A DNA stretch of 64,000 nucleotides from IMG/VR virus record IMGVR_UViG_3300035137_000073, positions 3,918 through 67,917 of that record; one strand, written 5' to 3'. A model generated the notes under the pieces. It ran no database searches and was not told where the DNA came from. It worked only from the letters and a program-made list of their open reading frames with translations. Position numbers and translations under genes: made by a program. The DNA is from a virus. Below, piece after piece: positions 1 through 10,184 of this stretch (within the stretch, counting starts at the first letter, position 1; the number at the start of each line of letters is the position of its first letter).

Positions 1-902
1 TCGCGGCGGCCGAGCGCGAGTTAGGGGTCGATGCGCGCATTGTGGATCCACAGCCAACACCGTTTCACCCGGGAGAGGAAGACCGAGGGGTACCCATGGC
101 TGACACGTCGTTCCTTGCGAAGGCAGACGTTGTTGCCGACCACAGCGGAATCGACAAGCTGGGGCTTGAGCGGCGCCGGCGCCCGATCGTGTACGTAAAT
201 CACGGCCGGCCGGCATCGTCGTTCGCGATGGAACGAAACGGTGGGCCTCCGGCACTCAGCTACTGGTACAAACGGGACAGAGACAAGCGGTACAGAGTCG
301 TCACGACGTTCTGGCCAGAGCACGTGCCTTACCTCGAGGGAATCTGGAGCAACACGCCGGTACGAGCTGTGTCGCCACCGACAGACCTCGAGCGGTGGTC
401 GCCGGGCCCGACTCCCTACGATTTTGCTGGCCAGGGCGGCGACATCAATGTCGTGATAGCCGATATGTGGCGTGACGACGTGACGCCGTTCCCGTGTATC
501 GCGGCGTTCCTGAAGTTCGGAGAAGAGAATCCGACCGCACGGCTGCATCTGTACGGGTTGCCGGACGATCGGAGCGGCATCGAGGTGTTCCTGCAGGTAC
601 TGCGCGATCGCGGGCAGCTAGGCGTCGCTCAGGGGCATGCACGGGCATTGGAGGTCGTTTACAGGGCTGCCGATCTCGTCATCTCGCCACAGAGGATCTA
701 TACCCGGACACTTAGGGAGTCGATGGCGTGCGGAGCGCAGGTAGTGAGTGGGCGAGACGCCGATCCGGCCGATCTCTGTGCGTTCGTCGAGGCGATGGAA
801 GACCGATTGTCACACCCCCGTGATACGCGATCTGAGGCCGAATCTCTGTTCGATCCAGTTCAGACAGCGACACAATTCTTGGAAGTAGTAAGCCTCAATT
901 GA
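1..902 (+). CDS. Glycosyltransferase (GT-B/GT4-like), 5'-truncated by window edge
   Basis: Frame is open from base 3. C-terminal VYRAADLVISP...TLRESMACGAQVV resembles the GT4 nucleotide-sugar-binding signature. Confidence 0.7.
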   Translation, partial: AAAERELGVDARIVDPQPTPFHPGEEDRGVPMADTSFLAKADVVADHSGIDKLGLERRRRPIVYVNHGRPASSFAMERNGGPPALSYWYKRDRDKRYRVVTTFWPEHVPYLEGIWSNTPVRAVSPPTDLERWSPGPTPYDFAGQGGDINVVIADMWRDDVTPFPCIAAFLKFGEENPTARLHLYGLPDDRSGIEVFLQVLRDRGQLGVAQGHARALEVVYRAADLVISPQRIYTRTLRESMACGAQVVSGRDADPADLCAFVEAMEDRLSHPRDTRSEAESLFDPVQTATQFLEVVSLN

Positions 903-914
903 GGGAGTAGTACC

Positions 915-1235
915 ATGAAAACAGCAATAACGATTGCGTCCGGAGCCGCCTTGTCGAGCGAAATCGACATGCGTAGTTACCACCAAAGACTTGGTTTTTA
1001 CTTCCCGACGATGACGCAAACCGCAGTCACGTTTTGGGCCGCAGCCGATCCGGACGACACGTTCCGTCAGGTGTACGATCACGACAACAACGCGATCGCG
1101 GCAACCGTGGCGCCTGACAGATTCGTCGGGGTATCCGGTACGGACCTCGAAATCTTGATGAGTTGCAACTACCTCAAGATCAAAATGGGCGGGAACGAAG
1201 GTGCCGACCGGACGATCTACGTGGTTCTGAAATAG
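915..1235 (+). CDS. Hypothetical virion-associated protein
   Basis: 106-aa ORF with GGGAG RBS, in the structural region. Confidence 0.6.
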   Translation: MKTAITIASGAALSSEIDMRSYHQRLGFYFPTMTQTAVTFWAAADPDDTFRQVYDHDNNAIAATVAPDRFVGVSGTDLEILMSCNYLKIKMGGNEGADRTIYVVLK

Positions 1236-1252
1236 GAGGTCAAGAGAACGTG

Positions 1253-1810
1253 CTACTGAAAACTCACCGCCTTTATTTGTGCTCGACGTTTACGTGCCCA
1301 TTCACGCTTATATGCGCGCTTAGCCTCTGTTTTGTTGTCGCAGAGCCGTGCTTCGCGATTCCGCCAGTAATCGCGTCGCGCATGCATGCGCGCGCAAGTA
1401 CGGCAACGCCGCTCACCGTTGGTGGTGTATGTTGTGTTTTCCGCATTGAAAGGATGACCTCGAATGCAGTGAGTTTTCCGGGCGTTCGTAGCACCTGGTC
1501 CGTACCCCCGAAGCACATTCTCACCGCGCGTAACGACTTCCATGTGAGCAGGGTTGACGCATGCCCGATTGCGACAAAGGTGGTCAATACAGAGCCCGGC
1601 AGGGATTGGCCCAACCAGTGTTTCGTACGCCAGCCGGTGGGCCAACAACATCTTCTGTCGTCTTCCTTCAAGTCGGTCTTTCTTACAGATGTTGATGTGG
1701 TATACACCATAGCCTGTGCTTTGAATGGTACCACGCCAATTCCAACACCCCGTTTCATTGTCCAAAACGATCTTGTCACGAAAACGTTTCGGGAATTCAT
1801 GCGTATCCAA
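1253..1810 (-). CDS. HNH (homing-type) endonuclease
   Basis: CWNW...GYG...AHRLAY...IDHLCRNRACVNPAHMEVVTRGEN followed by THCIRGH...CRTC. Antisense to its neighbours. Confidence 0.9.
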   Translation of the reverse strand: MDTHEFPKRFRDKIVLDNETGCWNWRGTIQSTGYGVYHINICKKDRLEGRRQKMLLAHRLAYETLVGPIPAGLCIDHLCRNRACVNPAHMEVVTRGENVLRGYGPGATNARKTHCIRGHPFNAENTTYTTNGERRCRTCARMHARRDYWRNREARLCDNKTEAKRAYKREWARKRRAQIKAVSFQ

Positions 1811-1954
1811 TTAGACCTTCTCTCGTCGGGCAAGCAATCGTATGGCCATCTCAACAACAGCTGTTTGAGAGATACCCATCTTTTCGGCCGTTTTGCGAAT
1901 CAAACGTACAGCGGTTGTGCTCAAGCGATAGCTGGTGGGGTGTCGTGCTGGCAT
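1811..1954 (-). CDS. Small ribbon-helix-helix (CopG/Arc-like) DNA-binding protein, not in ORF track
   Basis: Manual translation MPARHPTSYRLSTTAVRLIRKTAEKMGISQTAVVEMAIRLLARREKV*. Its TAA abuts the HNH TTG start. Confidence 0.7.
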   Translation of the reverse strand: MPARHPTSYRLSTTAVRLIRKTAEKMGISQTAVVEMAIRLLARREKV

Positions 1955-2009
1955 GATCTATATGTAGCGCTGTTTGCACTACATATCAAGACTGAAGTAG
2001 AGGTGTAAA

Positions 2010-2813
2010 ATGGGCCTTACGTATGGCTTGAAAGCAATTCATCAAGCGACCGCTTCAGACCGACCTCATATCCTAGGTCACAATACAGCCAGGTCGGTAT
2101 CAGAAGACCTACTTCTTGATGTCTGGAATGGAGCGACGAACGCAAGTCGCGTCTTATCTATCAACAAAGATGGAACGTTGTACTCTGCGGCCCTGACCGA
2201 AGGTGACGTTCTGTACGCAGTTGCCGGAGGAGTTACGGGCGTGAAGCGCCTAGACTCGCTGGCGATTGGTGCGGCCAACGCGGTCATGACCTCGAGCGGT
2301 ACCGCGCCCCAGTGGTCGACGTCGCTGACGATAGTGGGAATCACCGCGTCAGGAACAATCACGGCTGGCGGGCTCATCACGGCTAGCGCTGGTGCCGCTG
2401 TGACAGATGGAAATCTGTATGTGGGTACTGATGATTCGGTAAGAGGTCTGTTGCGGATATACTCGTCCGCCACCACTGGCGGCAGACTTGTGTTGTATTG
2501 CGACACTGGGGCCAGCATCGACAACTACTCAATTCGCGGGCTAGACGACGATCTGGATGTACTCCAGGAGGCGACGACCATACTGCGGTACGTCCATGCC
2601 ACGTCGTCGTGGGATTTTACCGGCGATGTCACGGTGGGCAATGATCTCAACATCGCTGCGAATTTCAATCACGATGGGTCGTTTGTGGGCTTCTACGGCG
2701 CAACGCCTGGGGCAAAACCGACCATCACTGGGTCTCGTGGCGGAAACGCGGCGCTTGCCGACTTGCTCACCGAACTTGCAAACCTCGGACTCATAACCGA
2801 CAGTAGCTCATAA
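2010..2813 (+). CDS. Tail fibre/spike-like structural protein
   Basis: G/T/A-rich beta-type composition. C-terminal GFYGATP...TGSRGGNAALADLLTELANLGLI resembles phage fibre C-termini. Confidence 0.6.
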   Translation: MGLTYGLKAIHQATASDRPHILGHNTARSVSEDLLLDVWNGATNASRVLSINKDGTLYSAALTEGDVLYAVAGGVTGVKRLDSLAIGAANAVMTSSGTAPQWSTSLTIVGITASGTITAGGLITASAGAAVTDGNLYVGTDDSVRGLLRIYSSATTGGRLVLYCDTGASIDNYSIRGLDDDLDVLQEATTILRYVHATSSWDFTGDVTVGNDLNIAANFNHDGSFVGFYGATPGAKPTITGSRGGNAALADLLTELANLGLITDSSS

Positions 2814-2824
2814 GGAGATCAAGC

Positions 2825-3193
2825 ATGCGAAAAGTCACTCTCACAGCATACCAGTTCGACAACTTCGTCTATACGCCGGTGGCCAACTCATCCGCGGAAA
2901 ACGAGAACGAACTCGAAACTGCATTGCGGGTGATGCGCAAACTCAAAGACCCCAAGCTGACGCGAGACGGGGAAATCTCACCGGAGGAGGCGAAGCTGAT
3001 TGGGAAAATTGCGGCGTACGCACCGCGCGTACTTGCCACAGCTGAAGCCATCTTCGAGTTCGAAGAAGACGAATTTGCACTCATTCTCCGTCGGATGAAC
3101 AAGGCCAGAACCAGCCTTGCCCTTGTGGCGCTGCCGGATCTGATGGAAACCATCGAGGTGTTCAACGGTACGTCAAGCGAGACTGAGGAATAG
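2825..3193 (+). CDS. Hypothetical protein (possible fibre chaperone)
   Basis: AAGGAG RBS, directly follows the fibre gene. Confidence 0.55.
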   Translation: MRKVTLTAYQFDNFVYTPVANSSAENENELETALRVMRKLKDPKLTRDGEISPEEAKLIGKIAAYAPRVLATAEAIFEFEEDEFALILRRMNKARTSLALVALPDLMETIEVFNGTSSETEE

Positions 3194-3196
3194 CAA

Positions 3197-4864
3197 GTGG
3201 CGCAGATGATCGAGGAGTTGACGACCGATTTCAGTCGAGGGATGTACGACTCGGTATCGCCGGGTCGATATCCCAAGGCATCGGTGCGTCAGATCTTCAA
3301 TGGTCGGGTACAGCCTGACGGTTCGGTTGAACGTCGGTGGGGCGGCATTCGGACGAGTGCCGCCGTTCCGAACGCCGGTACGGGTTATGGAGGTAGTCGG
3401 TTTACGACCGCTGCGGGTACCGATCAGATCATCGCCATATGCGGTGCGAAGGCGTACAAGAGCGAGGACTACGGGACGACATGGACAGAAATCGCTACGG
3501 GACTGCGTCAGGACTACTACACGTTCGCCGAGATGCGTGTCGGCGCCACGAACTACCTGTTCATGGCCAACGGCGACACGACAATCAAGCGGTGGGATGG
3601 TACGACATGGGATACGGTACCGAACGCTCCATCGGGCGTGAAGTTCCTTGCTGCCAAGGATCGGCGACTCTGGGTATCGGGTCATAGCGGTGTCTTGGTG
3701 CAGGCATGCAAGATCAACGATCCCGAAACGTGGTCGTCTCCTAACGGACTCACGGTACAGGTAGACCAGACGCCGACAGCGATGGCTGTTGTTGCTTCGC
3801 ATCTGTTGGTGTTCGATCGGCACTCGGCCTCATACATCGACGGCTACGGCGAACAGACGTTACTCGTTGCGGCGGGCGCGACGGGATGGTCGCGATCGGT
3901 TGGATGTACGGCGTTCCGAAGTGTCGTCGGTGTCGGCGACAACGGCCTCTGTTGGCTGAGTGAGCGCGGAGTCGAGTACTACTCGCCGGGCAGTGAGATC
4001 AAACTCGTCAGCAACAGCGTGCAGGAGTTCCTTGGCGAGATCGACTGGGAAGAGTTGTACGGCGCGCCGGGCCGCATCTCGGCCACCTACAACGAGACGA
4101 GCCAGAACTACCATATCGTGCTCTCGACCAATGGTACGCGAAACAACCGCAAGTTGATTTTGAACCTGTTCCAGCGAGATGTCGACTACCAGCGGAGCGG
4201 CAACATTGCCGCGGCTGCGATCGACCGGCCTCAGAGTACATCAGGTGGCGACCTGCTATTTGGTGGAGACTCAGACGGGTACCTGGCCGTGGTCGATGGT
4301 GGGTTCGAGCTTGAGTCCGATTCCAACGGATACATGCGGCTGGACACCGACGGTAGCGGCGGCGATCCGACGAGTGAAGATGCCGACGGGTATCTGGACA
4401 CGGTAACCGACGACACGTTGCCAGCGACGCTCTTCGTTGCTCCCTACACCGACAAACCGAACGTCGTGTACTCGATTGGCTACGACGGTTTTGTGCGCAG
4501 GCACTACAACGTCGACAGCGACGACATGTTGTCTGACGAGTCTGGCGGCGTCGAGGTCACGATGTCGATCAGGACGCGGCCCTACGGACAGCGGTACGCC
4601 GATCAGACCAAGCGGGGCCGCACCATTCACGTATCGTCGATTCAGGAAGATACTGCGACTATCACGGTTCAGGGATACGGTCGCGGCACGGCAACGGCCT
4701 CACAAGATCTGACGATGACCGCTTTGGGTGTCGACCATGCCGACCGCCAGAAAGCGCGCATCAAGTTCGACGCAGACGCGCCACAGATCGAACTCCGGAC
4801 AAAAGACAAGGTCAAGATCACGATGATCGGGTTGTCGTTCGAGTTATTGAGGAAACGGCGATGA
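3197..4864 (+). CDS. Podovirus tail tubular/nozzle (stabilisation) protein
   Basis: 555 aa. N-terminal DFSRGM...N....DG...RR.G pattern, beta-propeller-like segments, and position upstream of the ejection genes. Confidence 0.7.
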   Translation: MAQMIEELTTDFSRGMYDSVSPGRYPKASVRQIFNGRVQPDGSVERRWGGIRTSAAVPNAGTGYGGSRFTTAAGTDQIIAICGAKAYKSEDYGTTWTEIATGLRQDYYTFAEMRVGATNYLFMANGDTTIKRWDGTTWDTVPNAPSGVKFLAAKDRRLWVSGHSGVLVQACKINDPETWSSPNGLTVQVDQTPTAMAVVASHLLVFDRHSASYIDGYGEQTLLVAAGATGWSRSVGCTAFRSVVGVGDNGLCWLSERGVEYYSPGSEIKLVSNSVQEFLGEIDWEELYGAPGRISATYNETSQNYHIVLSTNGTRNNRKLILNLFQRDVDYQRSGNIAAAAIDRPQSTSGGDLLFGGDSDGYLAVVDGGFELESDSNGYMRLDTDGSGGDPTSEDADGYLDTVTDDTLPATLFVAPYTDKPNVVYSIGYDGFVRRHYNVDSDDMLSDESGGVEVTMSIRTRPYGQRYADQTKRGRTIHVSSIQEDTATITVQGYGRGTATASQDLTMTALGVDHADRQKARIKFDADAPQIELRTKDKVKITMIGLSFELLRKRR

Positions 4865-5361
4865 TCGAGTTACCGCCAGGCGCCAGCCCAGAGTTGCGCG
4901 AGATCATCAATGTCTTGCGCGAGGAGTTGCTGTGGCGTCGTGAGCCGACGTTGCTGGGATACCGGCACGACGGAACGACTCTGCATCTACGGTTCCGAGC
5001 AGCACTGTCCACTCCGTGGGTTCAGGTCCATGTCCAATCGACAGCGGCCGATGAAGCGGCGGCAGGCGAAATCGGAACGGTATGGGCCGACAACACATGG
5101 GCGACCGACTCGTGGGCTGACGACACATGGGGCGATGTCAGCGAAGGCGGTTCAGAATACGATCCCGATAACTACCAGTCGACTACGCTAGTTGATTGCC
5201 GTGAAGACCGAGTGCAAGACGTGACAGTGACGGATGTGCCGGAAGAGCGCGTTGTGGTCTATCTAATTCCGGTTCAGTACGACGGCGCCGACACAAAAGT
5301 CATGTTCGATGGAGAGAGCGGAAGACCTGATAACATGGCCTTCCAAACGATGGGGCACTGA
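4861..5361 (+). CDS. Hypothetical virion protein
   Basis: ATGA overlap with the previous gene; internal W-A-x-D-x-W repeats. Confidence 0.6.
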   Translation: MIELPPGASPELREIINVLREELLWRREPTLLGYRHDGTTLHLRFRAALSTPWVQVHVQSTAADEAAAGEIGTVWADNTWATDSWADDTWGDVSEGGSEYDPDNYQSTTLVDCREDRVQDVTVTDVPEERVVVYLIPVQYDGADTKVMFDGESGRPDNMAFQTMGH

Positions 5362-5363
5362 TT

Positions 5364-8300
5364 ATGACAGCACCATATTTGACAGACGACGAACTCCAGC
5401 AACAGGCCGAGGAGCAGGCGCAAGCGACACAGGCGCTTCAGACGCCAAGCGCTGCGCCCGGAATGCCCAGTGGGGTGCCTGGGGCTGAAGTTCCTGAAGC
5501 GACATCGCCGGGAGCCAGCGTTCCTCAGGCTCCGGGTGCCGTTCCGTCCGGTGCGGTAACGATGCCGCCACCGCCTCCACAACCACCGACGCTGCCGGGT
5601 CTTTCGCAACAGGTGACACAACACGCGTCCGACTGGCTGAATCAGGGCAATCGGTACCTGTCGCCGTTGGTGAGCGCTACACGCGAAGCCGGAGATCTCA
5701 GAAGAACAGAACAAGAGGCCGCGGCCGCACGCGGAATTGAAGAATGGGCAGCGAGCCGTGGGCTGGTAGGCAGTTCGTATGAAGGCGAGCAGATGGTCGA
5801 TCTTCAGGAATCGCTTGCCCGTGCCCGTGCCGACGAAGAACTCGGGTTGTATCAGATGCTGGCAGACGCCGAATCACTGGACCGACAGGCTGCCGGCGAA
5901 TTCGGGCTCAACACGCTTACCACTCAGGAGAATATCAACTTCCGTGCCCAGGAACTTCTGAACGAAGGTCGGGCGTTGGATTTGCAAGAGGCGCGGGATC
6001 TTGCGGCCGTCGAACTCGCACGCGAGGAGATGGCGCAGAACGAAAGCCAGTTCGGGCAGACGCTTTCTTTCGAAGAAAGGCAGGCCGAAGCGGAACGGGC
6101 GCTCGAGCGTGAACGACTGGCTCAGCAGGGCGAGCAATTCACGGAATCGTTGTCCGAGCAGCGTGCTGGGCGGTTACAGCAATACGGTCTATCTCAGCAG
6201 CAACTGGATCTTGAGGCGCAACGGCTTCAACAGCAGGCCCAAACAGAGGGTCGTACTCTCGATCTTCAGCAGGCGCGTGATGAAGCAGAGATCTCCATAC
6301 GAGCCGAGCAGATGCAAATGGAGGCGATGCTCCAGGGCCGTTCCATGGATATTGAGGAGGCCCGGAACCTTGCGCAGTTGGAACTTGGACAGGCACAGCT
6401 TGAGGAACAGCGTCTCACCCGGATCCAGAGTTTCGGGTTGTCGCAACAGGAACTGGACCTCCAAGCGCAGCAAATCCAACAGCAGGCGGCTCTTGAAGGC
6501 CGGCGCCTCGACCTCACCGAGGCTCGGGACGAAGCCGAACTTACGTTGCGGGCAGAGCAGCTACAACAGGAAGCGATGTTGCAGGGTAGGTCGCTTGATA
6601 TCGAAGAGGCACGGAATCTTGCCACTCAGGAGATCGCCCAAGCTCAGCTTGCCGAACAACGCGCTCAACGTCTTCAAGACTACGGCGTTACGCAGCAGCA
6701 ATACGACCTGCAGGTGCAGCGACTTCAGCAAGAGGCCAGTCTTTCCGGTCGGCAGATGGACATCCAAGAGGCGCAGTTTACCGCCGAGGTTGGATTCCGG
6801 ATGCAGCAGTTGCAGCAAGAGGCCGAACTGGAAGGCAGATCCCTCGACATTCAGGAGGCGAGAAACCAGGCCGAGCAGGAAATCGCCTACGCCGGACTCA
6901 GGCAGTCAGAGTCGCAATTCATGCAGCAACTCGGGATTTCGCAACAGGAAGTTGATCTACGTGCGCAACAGCTGCAGCAGCAGTACCAGTTGGAGGGTCG
7001 CAGCCTAGACCTGCAGGAAGCCAGGGACCAGGTCGTCCAACAGGTGCAACTTGGCCAACTTGGTATCGCGCAACAGGAAGTCGATTTGAGGGCCGAGGAA
7101 CTTCAGCAAGAGGCACGTCTCCAGGGCCGGGCCCTCGACCTACAGGAAGCCCGCGATCAGGCGTCTCACGAGCTTCAGGCGCAGCAGCTGGGCATCTCAC
7201 AGCAAGAGGTCGACCTTCGCGCGCAGGAATTGGTTCAGCAGGCAGCCCTACAGGGCCGTTCCCTAGACCTCGAGCAGGCTCGCGACGACGCGACTCGCGA
7301 GTTGGCGACACAGCGGCTGGCGATGGAGGAGTCGCAGTTCAACCAGATGATGTCCGAACAGCAGGCGGCCCGACTGCAGAACTACGACATCTCGACGCAG
7401 CAGCTGAATCAGGAAGCCCGGAGACTTCAGCAGGAAGCTGAACTACAGAATCGGCAGATGGACATTCAGGAGGCTCAGGGCGAGGCCGAGATCAACCTTC
7501 GCGGTCAGCAAATCCAGCAGGAATACGAACTCCAAGGTCGGGCGCTCGACATTGAGCAGGCCAACAACATCGCTCGGAACGAAGTTGCTTATGCGCAACT
7601 TGAAGAGCAGACAGCTGGACGGCTGCAGCAGTACGGAATCTCGCAGCAGGAATTGTCTCTTGAGCAACAGCGACTGACCCAGCAGGCTGAACTCGAAGGC
7701 CGGTCGCTGGACATCACCGAAGCTCTTGGACAGGCCGAAATCAACCTGCGTAGCGAGCAACTTCAACAGGAGGCGGCGCTGGAAGGTCGGTCGTTGGATC
7801 TGCAGGAAAGCCGGATCTTGGCCGAGCAGGAAATTGCGTACGCTCGACTGGACGAGGACCGGGCTGCGAGGTTACAGCAGTTCGATCTGACTCAACAGCA
7901 ACTCGACGTGGAAGTTCAACGGTTGCAACAGGAAGCGCAGTTGGAAGGCCGGAGTTTGGATATCAGAGAAGCCGAATCTCAGGCCGAGATCAATCTGCGG
8001 ACACAACAACTCCAGCAGGAAGCCCAGCTTCAGGGACGTGCACTCGACATTGAAGAGGCTCGAAACCAGGCGACAGCCGAGATCCAGCGTCAGCAGCTTG
8101 GAATCTCGCAGCAAGAAGTCGATCTACGGGCACAGCAGATACAGCAACAGGCCGCGCTCGAAGGCCGTTCGATGGACATCCAGGAAGCGCAGTTTGAGGC
8201 CACACAGGTCCTTGCGCGCGAAGAGATGGAATTCCGGGAGCGGCTACAGGAATCGGAGATTGCACAGCGGGAAAGCGAGTTCGCCCGTAGTCTTGGACTC

Positions 8301-9617
8301 AGCGAACGCGAGTTTTCAGCACAGCAAGACCAGTTTGCGGCGCAGTTGGCCGAAGAGACGGCTGCCAGATTCCAAGAAAACGAGCAGTTTTATGCCGCTC
8401 TGCAGTCCGACGAAGCCCAATACGCTCTTGACTTCGGACTGCGCGATCGTGCTCTCGATCTTCAGCTTCAGGGCATGGAGATGGATGAAGCGTTTCGGCA
8501 AGCCAGTCTCGATCAGGAGAGAGATCTGCAGGAACGGTCGCTTGACTTGCAGGAAATGGGGATGTCGTCGGACGACTCGTACCGATACGCCGTATTGGCT
8601 CAGGATTCGCAGTTCCAGCAGATGCAGATCGATCTACAGAACCGCGGGCTCGATATCGAGGAGTCGTACCGAGAAGCCGAGCAGTTCGTTCAGTTGCGTC
8701 AGCTGGACATCTCGCAGCAAGAGGTCAATCTCCGTGCCGATCAGCTGACACAAGAAGCTGAACTGGCCGGCCGAGAGCTCGATTTGATGGAAGCCCGAGA
8801 TCAGGCCCAGATTGATCTTGCCGAGGACCAGATGGAACATCAGTGGGAACTGGCCAACCTCGAGTTGGCTCAGCGCGAAAGCGAATTCGCCCGGGCCTAC
8901 AATCTCGACGAACGTCAGTATGCCGAACAGCAACGTCAGTTCTCCGTTCAGTACACCGAACAGGTCCAAAGCCGACTGCAACAGGACGCGCAGTTCCAGG
9001 CAACGCTGGCACAGGATGACGCGCAGTTCGCCCTTGAAGTTGGGTTGCGCGAACGGGCGCTCGGCCTTCAGGAAACCGGCATGCTCATGGACGACGCATA
9101 CCGTCAGGCCGCTCTCGATCAGGAGCGAGCCATTCAGGAAGGTGCGCAGGAGCTTCAGCGCCAAGGCATCTACATGGAAGATGCCTATCGATACGCGGTA
9201 TTGGAGCAAGACGCCGAATTCCAGCGTCGTGCGCAGGATCTGCAGGAACAGGGCATGAACATGGAGGATGCGTATCGGCAAGCTGATCTCGATTTGCGAA
9301 ACCGTGCGCTTGCCGAAGAGCACTACCAGTTTGCGCAGGAGATGCAGTTCCGCGAAGACCAAGCGCTGGACGATCAGGCTCGGTTCGACCAGATATACGA
9401 GTTGTACCAGGAAATATGGGGTGACGAGGATGGCGACGACGGCGATACAACGACAACTATCGTGAACGTATACGGCGGTGGCACAACAGGCACAGGCGAT
9501 ACAACCGGCAATCCAGATGAGTATCCAAACATCAACCCGGACAACGGCGGCACGTGGCATTGGGATCCTGACATAGGTAACTGGGTTGACGACGAAGGAA
9601 ATGAGTACGAGGAATAA
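5364..9617 (+). CDS. Gln/Glu-rich alpha-helical repeat protein, putative DNA ejection/pilot (internal virion) protein
   Basis: 1417 aa with about 17-20 copies of QQEAxL(E/Q)GRxLDxxEA. Located in the podoviral ejection-gene slot. Confidence 0.7.
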   Translation: MTAPYLTDDELQQQAEEQAQATQALQTPSAAPGMPSGVPGAEVPEATSPGASVPQAPGAVPSGAVTMPPPPPQPPTLPGLSQQVTQHASDWLNQGNRYLSPLVSATREAGDLRRTEQEAAAARGIEEWAASRGLVGSSYEGEQMVDLQESLARARADEELGLYQMLADAESLDRQAAGEFGLNTLTTQENINFRAQELLNEGRALDLQEARDLAAVELAREEMAQNESQFGQTLSFEERQAEAERALERERLAQQGEQFTESLSEQRAGRLQQYGLSQQQLDLEAQRLQQQAQTEGRTLDLQQARDEAEISIRAEQMQMEAMLQGRSMDIEEARNLAQLELGQAQLEEQRLTRIQSFGLSQQELDLQAQQIQQQAALEGRRLDLTEARDEAELTLRAEQLQQEAMLQGRSLDIEEARNLATQEIAQAQLAEQRAQRLQDYGVTQQQYDLQVQRLQQEASLSGRQMDIQEAQFTAEVGFRMQQLQQEAELEGRSLDIQEARNQAEQEIAYAGLRQSESQFMQQLGISQQEVDLRAQQLQQQYQLEGRSLDLQEARDQVVQQVQLGQLGIAQQEVDLRAEELQQEARLQGRALDLQEARDQASHELQAQQLGISQQEVDLRAQELVQQAALQGRSLDLEQARDDATRELATQRLAMEESQFNQMMSEQQAARLQNYDISTQQLNQEARRLQQEAELQNRQMDIQEAQGEAEINLRGQQIQQEYELQGRALDIEQANNIARNEVAYAQLEEQTAGRLQQYGISQQELSLEQQRLTQQAELEGRSLDITEALGQAEINLRSEQLQQEAALEGRSLDLQESRILAEQEIAYARLDEDRAARLQQFDLTQQQLDVEVQRLQQEAQLEGRSLDIREAESQAEINLRTQQLQQEAQLQGRALDIEEARNQATAEIQRQQLGISQQEVDLRAQQIQQQAALEGRSMDIQEAQFEATQVLAREEMEFRERLQESEIAQRESEFARSLGLSEREFSAQQDQFAAQLAEETAARFQENEQFYAALQSDEAQYALDFGLRDRALDLQLQGMEMDEAFRQASLDQERDLQERSLDLQEMGMSSDDSYRYAVLAQDSQFQQMQIDLQNRGLDIEESYREAEQFVQLRQLDISQQEVNLRADQLTQEAELAGRELDLMEARDQAQIDLAEDQMEHQWELANLELAQRESEFARAYNLDERQYAEQQRQFSVQYTEQVQSRLQQDAQFQATLAQDDAQFALEVGLRERALGLQETGMLMDDAYRQAALDQERAIQEGAQELQRQGIYMEDAYRYAVLEQDAEFQRRAQDLQEQGMNMEDAYRQADLDLRNRALAEEHYQFAQEMQFREDQALDDQARFDQIYELYQEIWGDEDGDDGDTTTTIVNVYGGGTTGTGDTTGNPDEYPNINPDNGGTWHWDPDIGNWVDDEGNEYEE

Positions 9618-9629
9618 CAGGAGCGAACC

Positions 9630-10184
9630 ATGGGAATCTTCGGATCGATAAAGAACGCCATCACCGGACCGTTCCGGGCGATCAACGAGCTTGCTCACGG
9701 TAGGCCCCGGGGAGCGATCGGCGCGCTTGGTGACACGGTGAAACCTGCCGGTGTTATTCTCGGTGCTACGGGAGTGGGATTGCCAGTTGCTGCCGGGGTC
9801 AGCGCCCTGGGTGGGGCGATGCAGAAGGCTGACGATGTCGGGAATCGCGGATTCGAAGACATCGTGGGTGGCGCCGCCGAAGGTGGGATGCTTGGTGCCG
9901 GGTCGGCGTTGGCTCCCATCGCTGTCGACAAACTTGGCGGGCTTAGTGCAATCGCCAACTACGCTAAGTCGAATCCGCAGACGGTCTTACAGGGATTGGG
10001 TACGGCTTCTAATATGTATGGATCGTACGAACAGGGACGGGCGTACGACGATCGTTTGGCGGCCGATCAGCTGTATCGTGACCAACAGGCGAGGTTGGAT
10101 GAGGCCGAGCGACAGCGTCGGTTCGACCTCAGCAAACTCAACACACTTGTGAGCATGATGAGTGCAACAAGACCGAGGTATTGA
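9630..10184 (+). CDS. Gly/Ala-rich internal virion (ejection) protein
   Basis: MGIFGSIKN start, glycine-zipper hydrophobic segments, C-terminal helix. Confidence 0.6.
   Translation: MGIFGSIKNAITGPFRAINELAHGRPRGAIGALGDTVKPAGVILGATGVGLPVAAGVSALGGAMQKADDVGNRGFEDIVGGAAEGGMLGAGSALAPIAVDKLGGLSAIANYAKSNPQTVLQGLGTASNMYGSYEQGRAYDDRLAADQLYRDQQARLDEAERQRRFDLSKLNTLVSMMSATRPRY

Noticed and set aside
1163-2008. 281-aa plus-strand ORF
   Set aside because: Shadow of the minus-strand HNH and RHH genes, with no motifs of its own
5364-9617. Siphovirus tape-measure protein
   Set aside because: No tail tube, terminator or tail-assembly chaperone genes recognised; context is a podovirus-like nozzle plus ejection genes
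8634-9698. Long antisense ORFs here and at 40382-41488 and 23032-23967
   Set aside because: Antisense shadows of repetitive or codon-biased real genes
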